This document shows positions 34,201-35,234 of a stretch of DNA of 35,234 bases, in pieces. A model generated the notes under the pieces. That model did not search any database and was not told where the DNA came from. It saw nothing but the letters and a program-made list of their open reading frames with translations. Within the stretch, counting starts at the first letter, position 1; each line of letters starts with the position of its first letter. Source of the DNA: Clostridia bacterium (GTDB lineage Bacteria; Bacillota; Clostridia; Christensenellales; Aristaeellaceae); assembly GCA_017471125.1 (NCBI GenBank), contig JAFUWR010000220.1:1-35234 (forward strand), written 5' to 3'. The translations under genes and the position numbers were made by a program.

Positions 34201-34901
34201 CCGCGATTTTTGCCGAGCCGACGGTGACTTACAAGGCAAACGTGAACGAAACCGAGGAGGCGGGAACAGAACCCGTCAGCATCGCGGCAAACACGATCTC
34301 TGGCGCGTTTGTCACCAACAGCCGCAAGGTGCAGCCCATCAGCCTGAAGAAGATCAGCACGGAGCCCAATGAACCGGCTCTGTCGGGGGCGAAGTTTGAG
34401 TTGAGCCCCGCCGGCGCTTCTCCCGCATGGACGATCTACCTTGTGTCCGGCACGGGCGGAGTATTCTCGCTGGACGACAGCCCGATCGGCGGTGCACGCG
34501 ATCCCAATCCGATTCCGGACGATGTGATCATTGATGGAAACGGTCTGCTCCAGCTGCCCGTGGTCAATGGCGTGGAAACGGAATACACGCTCACGGAAAC
34601 CAAGGCTCCCGACGGCTACAACACGCTGGCACCCGTGACGATCAAGGTCAGCAGTACCGATGTGAGCGATGTGGTCACCTTCGACGGCAAAAAGTGGGAG
34701 CACAGCACCACAACGGGACAGGGCGACGGCGGCAAGACGATCGACCAGGATCATAATACGATCGTGCTGCTGATCCCCAACTCCCCCGGCGTGGTCCTCC
34801 CCTCCACCGGCGGGGTGGGCACGAAGCCCTTCACGGCTGTGGGCTCGGCCCTGGCGCTCGTGGCGCTGGCGCTGCTGCTGAAGAAGCGCAAGGAATACTG
34901 A
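19293..34901 (+). CDS. Giant LPXTG-anchored multi-domain surface protein/adhesin (about 5202 aa from ATG 19293)
   Basis: A single uninterrupted ORF. I prefer the ATG at 19293 (GGTGGA SD; MANSIDKMVRQAKSRRVRKRVLALLAVVTVFL) because it aligns with the start of the left paralog. The layout is a TM anchor, a double Cys/His motif, an acidic repeat region, dozens of Ig-like/CnaB-type domains, and a C-terminal VLPSTGGVGTKPFTAVGSALALVALALLLKKRKEY. Confidence 0.9.
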   Translation: MANSIDKMVRQAKSRRVRKRVLALLAVVTVFLTSTGLRYEVIAMDREPNCGLLEHMHTEACLDDLGALICGLDAHVHTDACYQDAPYAPLEAEIEAPLEAIEAPVEELEAMELEAVDEYVPEDALPIEAETPAPEFVYDMNGADRALLSDVLAAAGLEVGLVDEVGESVLSDDQVPSIAVERRDGDYAITALRDFIDDDRVELAIFAADGGVYTVLLANGVVPVAATATPEPTAAPTDTPEPEYTVAPEPMDDDEPEYTVAPEPMDAGEPEYTVAPEVVEPAAEVDAFELGEATPSGKPTYNIEINLYGETGPFSLTAWLADAIDPEADDAPASEWTIAYNDTLFEVLPDGEDWQVMPIGEFDETEIDVDTGAALYAVALTNAAPGMDALETGVAVIRPVDGDLPAEAEGHADVLDADAADAAWAQIENWKGSQLRFERTFAAARTAAAAPNETRVQAFDIGLDNVDPETYAEGFAVTVTLPEAVCGRDFRLYHIHGDGDIAEIEDFDRVGHPVDDANEVVTAFTFTTDRFSEFVLVYTVDFTYNGYTYHMPGGSRMLLSSLLDILQTGIAIDDVAEVAFSDPALVDVLAYADAHDWMLRSLQPFDTQETLTLTLQSGEQTIIYVTDEAQEASDGTMDITHLLTKVGVYEKQDGTWVSAGDSDSADPVKLRGDKEYYLEFSLAEVLKANGQFSDDATPMRLYLPDGVQIVDAALNGKEDTLTINLGEDGEFTGSKVKYVAKSDSDPRGYIEITWNANDSTQSDKFDVLTASAFAEITLRYKVNITTDTGSIKFNESTTLNVTPDNSFDVHATKKGEFEKVWNETTNKFDARVNYTVTVTTDGNASPIPVNENKTPIEYANSIKVSDRINGDLLVYDPNSLVVTRMPEDENTQGETKVLTLNEDFRIITENPESTNGFDLEIISDIQDNEKVVITYSADVDKTKLGNNMGTAESTGNSVAVEGSDSSDTDSFDMEGKLEYVGVDKLDPGTETKKTVDGKEYLCVPWTIKYNDEPIVSVKGATLTDTLASDAINASMYDTSDGAFVVKVYDVNGGDTPIKVLYPEWGDGAGQVHKTDYDYTLGSNDNVKVAGSKWEWTIPDEADYGGTGPYSYVITYNTLINENLYGKFDFKNTVEESKTHNADAATYTYQSNEQHTHLTVEKKALEVTQKYIKWQVKIPRQEVPLRNAYLTDIHPNESGYYEWIVTDANEARSLGITDTNKLIDTTGLITAEEGHPGHEEMSTSYTSKSRTMFHFYYYTGDVDASGQPVVVDCLQARGVGNGKENIVITYYTKVDDNWLRRTMSEGLNQDHVNKVQLQANNQYAESSDKAVPRTPDFKKIAEKQPVGTAVVDGVPMDKLKFTLILKGIDDKKGDGKPVNDVLYSANNWFDESDNLVIEDVFDASLKMLGLDDGSDKLILYQDIPAAKEGETQKTIEATWKQEDITVEGKAKKKVTITIPKEKFGGTYGLVYSLPYYMTYASLQAAQSLSQEKMTGEGKTRYTTFGNSAKVKGIETLSDGPINVTVDLKPIDKTAVKKDNGKWKYSIVINPVGATLNGGNDYRLTDSYENLAVDYLTMKIYEVDYSKNEENQKVDVTKDILWSYHGNEGIFWLHDSKPYIIEYETWPVGKLGTSFVMTNTAEMLGFDDTVEQEVELSSEHSGTIRSYKLKLLKHADDAMGRGIENVVFQLFMLNDAGERVPVTYDADYDKNGAGLRWTRTPREEDNLTQTEFASPDSHNIGDKYYITTDENGEATIFLNMKRDGVALEPGRQYYLKEVWWPEGYDIEDIYWSFVISDMDDFTSYVYRNGGVLKVSNDTAGGALILRKEFGGVDVPYSLKSGIQFRIDGYKPSDVAGEPDQVVFTRYASYSEFKKYTPTAAEGGTPYYRYRLPWNDSELKALSAQGKTVTYFKVTELSDTADMPTFSLATTITGDTGVEVIYESEKPVAAKVTMPDDENKDSNITTQFTNTYIPNPENMQLTVSKDWGELAKKKTDKAVKFALYKNGERFTLTAANGTNIDNGCILLNDANECKATVTGLPRFDENNKEIVWTIAEVWAQYTNSDDTETVDGEAIVAEHFTTTAVNVSTKGGEPVKDSNNKEIQADATRKGTAWLVSLPVDRHGAVQDTNRTMRFTNELNELVEVEVKKVWANNDTHTDFDSITFDLYRTTDPLPENKSKLSELVGQKNTQLVYAGVELNAGNDWHYENKHLKGYDEDLATQYNYFAIERPVAGYETGYAIALGDGQQTLTITNTKVNETGTLKVKKEVFGLTAEELTDRQFSFTITNNGKYLNTDGSLTANNPGLTLSATGEGAVITFENVAPGIYTITENDAKVEPYTWKAHIVEVAGGSTSEVTTEGSTAQITVVKEATDTVTINNTYQKGEKDFTFGKLWIGPGDNRETLVWPTGQSIEVTVQRRKTDGTVDGDFNLVYTISRGESADSEVTTKFERVKSGTLPSDMSHAPDLEILAPGNNYQYQFKLSGLPKEYETGKEWEYFVTETNWDKDEFDKHYGVVNGKLASFNDDSFFDAHQWEDPKNPGRTITGSIVNQRKSIKGSVPVQKVIPGRTMIQPGEFWFKLTYNTYHIDETTKERKATTHVAYACTDGTYTGKVLFEDVELDMSAMELKIVKGRVALVGQVEYTIEEVQPGTEITVNDKTITVEKALGVTYFTKKITVTDKMVVDWETGEATHGLTCNWQGGSELGVDVVTVKNTYKPETRQLEVKKLWDDKDNQDGKRGKVTFKVDCYTKVNDREFKRSTQPFELDLSQGDGTATIDVPAFIESTPVQRYVVRETNVPEGYTDTVSAYTINIVKVQKTSTDAADTVDVEYGSDGRSTTYKMANDLDKTEVLKAYKEDDINSATAVNGHDPELTSVSVTKEWKDNNDTSKRGAVTMQLTATYQDDSGVTQKLAFANDLVWTDGIAKAWADYFVYAGVTGYQTSLMPCKLNGSVLFHTWEDLPKYAPGCVGKEVTYSVVEKADTIPTGYHVTKNESQKTTAEDGSVSTAATIENTYETVDLTAKKVWDDDGDRDGLRKDVTEVKFTLSAEAPKGNDITTGLVDDTKVALSNADLVKTVDNTHSTNVTNNGFVKQEWTSGKAVDWANLPKYWHGEEITYIVTETVPENLAGYAMGQPSTSGATRAITNTHTPYVTELQLKKEWKDNDNQDDKRPDPVDFVKNHVVLTAQLADGNIELKIGQKKQGTASTYLLENPPAGFANVEVVIEGSNEKEKVTQYYTITWKNLPKNQDHGTLIDYTLKEAPVVKDYTSNAGTDGAITLTSSTDEATQKRTLTGSVMNEYTPDVMTLKVKKVWNHGKSTATTKPNEATVTLVAKTANGTKLNYTSEAWTSKHYYIVGTQTLTGDGAEYSWTGLPKYVPGSVGDVVYYSVEEDLYSLDAGYMVQYSADSIKATDVTTAVSPATTPEAEITVTNSYVDTNITATKTWKDDANRDDQRKPATLKLQKKFKGAADSTYADVNTRSFPVTNESIATWTGLPVYENGKELVYRVVEDMTSVPGYENANDKVEAAYATDEDKPSVGKTGNATLSMTNTYIPKTVDAPFNKKWEMHGYPEHPSDGTFTDALHLWASYTEGSNTYNYDVGATTGETNALPDDLKTAWDKAVADWKANIRFAAKNADIAVATNLKESTDNLGDEFKVVVIDLPQYMPGKVGKQVTYTLTEDAITDYTTAYPADATSLAINETLTNEHITKDLTVSKSLVSDLAADADKTFTFTVTASTALRTDVEYTTITGATTAIAAITAEQIKTIVEGGSVVGFTKGTVNFNNSKQTTVSLKKDQAVRIVGLPTNVTYTVKETVPDNFNTPKYAADGETAVSGNEYACAFTSTGSDHAVAFTNTRKTNNLTVSKTVDSALSGTDGNTTDDDQHHAFHFKVTLSGLETTVEKYTYSGVEFTKVDDDYVGYVTITHDNRVQIEGLPYEATYTVEEVSDWTGASDEEKAAEATLLAKFDVDPTNASGTVVATAPTASFTNTRKTIDLTVKKKIAEAHKIDGDDDIPFNFEVTLTPPTGYALGYNTIQQQIGNDTTKRPLSFTEGKATVSVKGSTPVTITGIPVDVTYTVKEVDSTNSADFILSTETLSGTAAAGDTSPIVKEFTNDRRTGDLVVSKAVDSPVVSEYTDKYYKIDIELKTVRTNVAVNGTYTVSPAVRLDENGTATDKVTFTDGKASIWLKHEDKVRIVDIPTGVNYTVTEIAPTNFTNAFAVDGEDRDPSVQSVASNEDANRGVTGRIYANIVEDERITKDNAGKAKVTNTRVLGQLTVTKSVVSSVQGDKEHAFSFKITFDEALDPTKITAIEDRNWAFDATDKKIATFKLKDTESITIEGLPLGMGYKVEELSEDTAPYQSANFTTVITPATSAKTTGVTVPTAESKVAEASSDTFTNTRKPYSLTINKTLENAILDDDGDPFYFDVVLKGEDGKALVIDPKQPIKVGNTEVSTPTETPSGDHPLYYSQTSETEGIIHNVKVEWKLNSNGSIPTGVGGTTVISGLPVGTTYKVTEQAPANANLIYKSGNMDTEAELESDATQPFVNERKTDAELTIRKVVQNTPVDTERSAKYNIQVSLLNPQKNLAVTNIQAELWRVDPTSQTGELKKDKDLTFTNGVETIDIGNDETVTIKGIPTNVTFTVTEPGEEHFSKSYQASSTDEEVFTNATTETSTAASGTILKPGTVNTTVTNTRKLGSLTIGKTVDYSTVDGEEYFWFKVALTGGTIDDGLYTSVGKTTIPASPKYTKADGGLIFDSNIAYIKLKHGETITANGLPEGHTYTVTEIVSEADFNTIPTTIRGTDSTYTNDYAYAAKFDPSWVKTVAGDSTATKNGTTNMFTDSGTSADKFDKITVAASTVQFTNSRKTGSLTLTKTVNSPFNSEKADDYYALTVEMRVGEVPIRGTYGVSPAIPAVTEGTPSTTTVSTVTFGEDGKATVYVKGTVKDDNNAVTISGLPIEAVCTVTETLSTAQSAIFAEPTVTYKANVNETEEAGTEPVSIAANTISGAFVTNSRKVQPISLKKISTEPNEPALSGAKFELSPAGASPAWTIYLVSGTGGVFSLDDSPIGGARDPNPIPDDVIIDGNGLLQLPVVNGVETEYTLTETKAPDGYNTLAPVTIKVSSTDVSDVVTFDGKKWEHSTTTGQGDGGKTIDQDHNTIVLLIPNSPGVVLPSTGGVGTKPFTAVGSALALVALALLLKKRKEY
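19440..19541 (+). other. Duplicated C-x4-H-x-H-x3-C motif just outside the membrane anchor
   Basis: CGLLEHMHTEAC then LDDLGALI then CGLDAHVHTDACYQ. The left paralog has CGIEAHVHGEGC then YDDGGYLT then CEKPEHVHTDACYQ (complement of 918..1019). Spacing is identical and 8 Cys/His are conserved in each. Confidence 0.7.
20013..20123 (+). repeat. 42-nt tandem repeat (2.6 units) encoding EPEYTVAPEPMDxx
   Basis: The units are EPEYTVAPEPMDDD, EPEYTVAPEPMDAG and EPEYTVAPE(VVEP). They are nearly identical at the DNA level. Confidence 0.85.
25221..30386 (+). repeat. Array of CnaB-type / Ig-like domains inside the giant gene
   Basis: Domain openers recur: LTVSKDWGE, VEVKKVWANND, LEVKKLWDDKDNQDGKRG (27447), VSVTKEWKDNNDTSKRG, LTAKKVWDDDGDRDGLRK, LQLKKEWKDNDNQDDKRP, LKVKKVWNHGKS, ITATKTWKDDANRDDQRKP and FNKKWEMHG. 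Many are followed by LPKY..G..V.Y.V.E. Confidence 0.7.
30387..34310 (+). repeat. Nine tandem 130-170-aa modules of a second Ig-like domain type
   Basis: Each module opens with (F/V)(T/V)N(T/S/D/E)R(K/R/V)xxxL(T/V)(V/I/L)xK(T/S/A/K)(V/L/I). Approximate starts are 30387, 30837, 31237, 31615, 32080, 32467, 32914, 33352 and 33862. Each contains ...V.I.G(L/I)P.....YTV.E. The modules have diverged at the DNA level. A last E-box domain (TLTETKAPDGYN) follows at 34311. Confidence 0.7.
34797..34898 (+). other. Cell-wall sorting signal of the giant protein
   Basis: LPSTG (34797..34811), hydrophobic GVGTKPFTAVGSALALVALALLL, then KKRKEY. It differs from the sorting signal shared by the pilins. Confidence 0.9.
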
Positions 34902-34913
34902 TCGACCCACAAA

Positions 34914-35040
34914 GGGGCTGTCTTAAAGCGGATAGCGATACCGCTATAAGCAATAGTAGGGGCGGCGTGGCGCCGCCCGCCGGGTACAACGCGATGGAGC
35001 GTACCCGGGCGGGCGCCGCAACGGCGCCCCTACGACTGTT
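34914..35040. repeat. REP/MITE-like palindromic element (copy 3, opposite orientation to copy 2)
   Basis: GGGGCTGTCTTAAAGCGGATAGCGATACCGCTATAAGCAATA, then GTAGGGGCGGCGTGGCGCCGCCCGCC (34956..34981), then GGCGGGCGCCGCAACGGCGCCCCTAC (35008..35033), then GACTGTT. It aligns with the reverse complement of 18257..18423 over roughly 130 nt. Confidence 0.8.
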
Positions 35041-35071
35041 TTATTGTAAGCACCCAATAAAAATACGTGTA

Positions 35072-35100
35072 TTGTAAGCTCTTGCAGAATATGGTACAAT
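35072..35100 (+). promoter_or_regulatory. Candidate promoter of a nearly leaderless ORF
   Basis: TTGTAA (35072..35077), 17-nt spacer ending in TGG, then TACAAT (35095..35100). An ATG follows 8 nt later with no SD. Confidence 0.35.
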
Positions 35101-35108
35101 AAATCCAA

Positions 35109-35234
35109 ATGAACATACCAAAAGCGCCGTGTGGCGTTTCTGTTGCATTCCACAAGGCGTTCCTGGGTTACCTGAAGGGGCTTCAGGCGCAATCGCGCAC
35201 TTTCATCAGTTGCTTCCAGACTGCCCATGGCGTA
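35109..35234 (+). CDS. 5' end of an unidentified ORF leaving the right edge
   Basis: My own translation is MNIPKAPCGVSVAFHKAFLGYLKGLQAQSRTFISCFQTAHGV, open to the window edge. It is absent from the ORF track because it has no stop. I recognise no family. Confidence 0.3.
   Translation, partial: MNIPKAPCGVSVAFHKAFLGYLKGLQAQSRTFISCFQTAHGV

Noticed and set aside
1-35234. CRISPR arrays, tRNA/rRNA genes, a diversity-generating retroelement, prophage or IS elements
   Set aside because: There are no regularly spaced short direct repeats, no cloverleaf-like or rRNA-like segments, no reverse transcriptase or template/variable repeat pair, and no transposase with terminal inverted repeats. The only mobile-type elements I could support are the IIC intron, the Rpn-like genes and the REP/MITE-like repeats.

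Overview
High-GC Firmicutes/Clostridia-type chromosomal segment. This placement is my inference from LPXTG sorting signals, AGGAGG-type ribosome-binding sites and GC-rich REP-like palindromes. Two outward-facing paralogous giant surface-protein genes bracket about 18 kb. One leaves the window at the left edge (1..1172, minus strand, absent from the ORF track). The other is a roughly 5200-aa LPXTG protein (19293..34901, plus strand). Between them lie: (i) a minus-strand operon of two membrane GGDEF diguanylate cyclases and a Sir2/CobB deacylase; (ii) a visibly lower-GC island (about 4.4-15.0 kb) holding a family of LPXTG pilin-like genes. These genes (P1-P4 plus several end-fragments) share near-identical signal-peptide and sorting-signal ends around divergent cores. 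They are interleaved with two Rpn-family PD-(D/E)XK nuclease genes, a DUF3800 gene and a small ORF; (iii) a 608-nt ORF-less group IIC intron sitting 3 nt behind the P1 terminator; (iv) an esterase plus Tet(M)-like GTPase operon; (v) a ParE-type toxin-antitoxin pair; (vi) several copies of a GC-rich palindromic REP/MITE-like element. No sortase, recombinase, reverse transcriptase, tRNA, rRNA or CRISPR array was seen. The most interesting signals are as follows. First, the pilin cassettes have no Shine-Dalgarno and doubtful start codons, and recombination scars sit at their conserved ends. Second, a conserved out-of-frame ATG plus T6 slippery tract lies at two pilin 5' ends. Third, both Rpn genes carry an internal in-frame SD-ATG site. 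Fourth, the intron. Everything comes from reading the sequence by eye. No database search or folding program was run.
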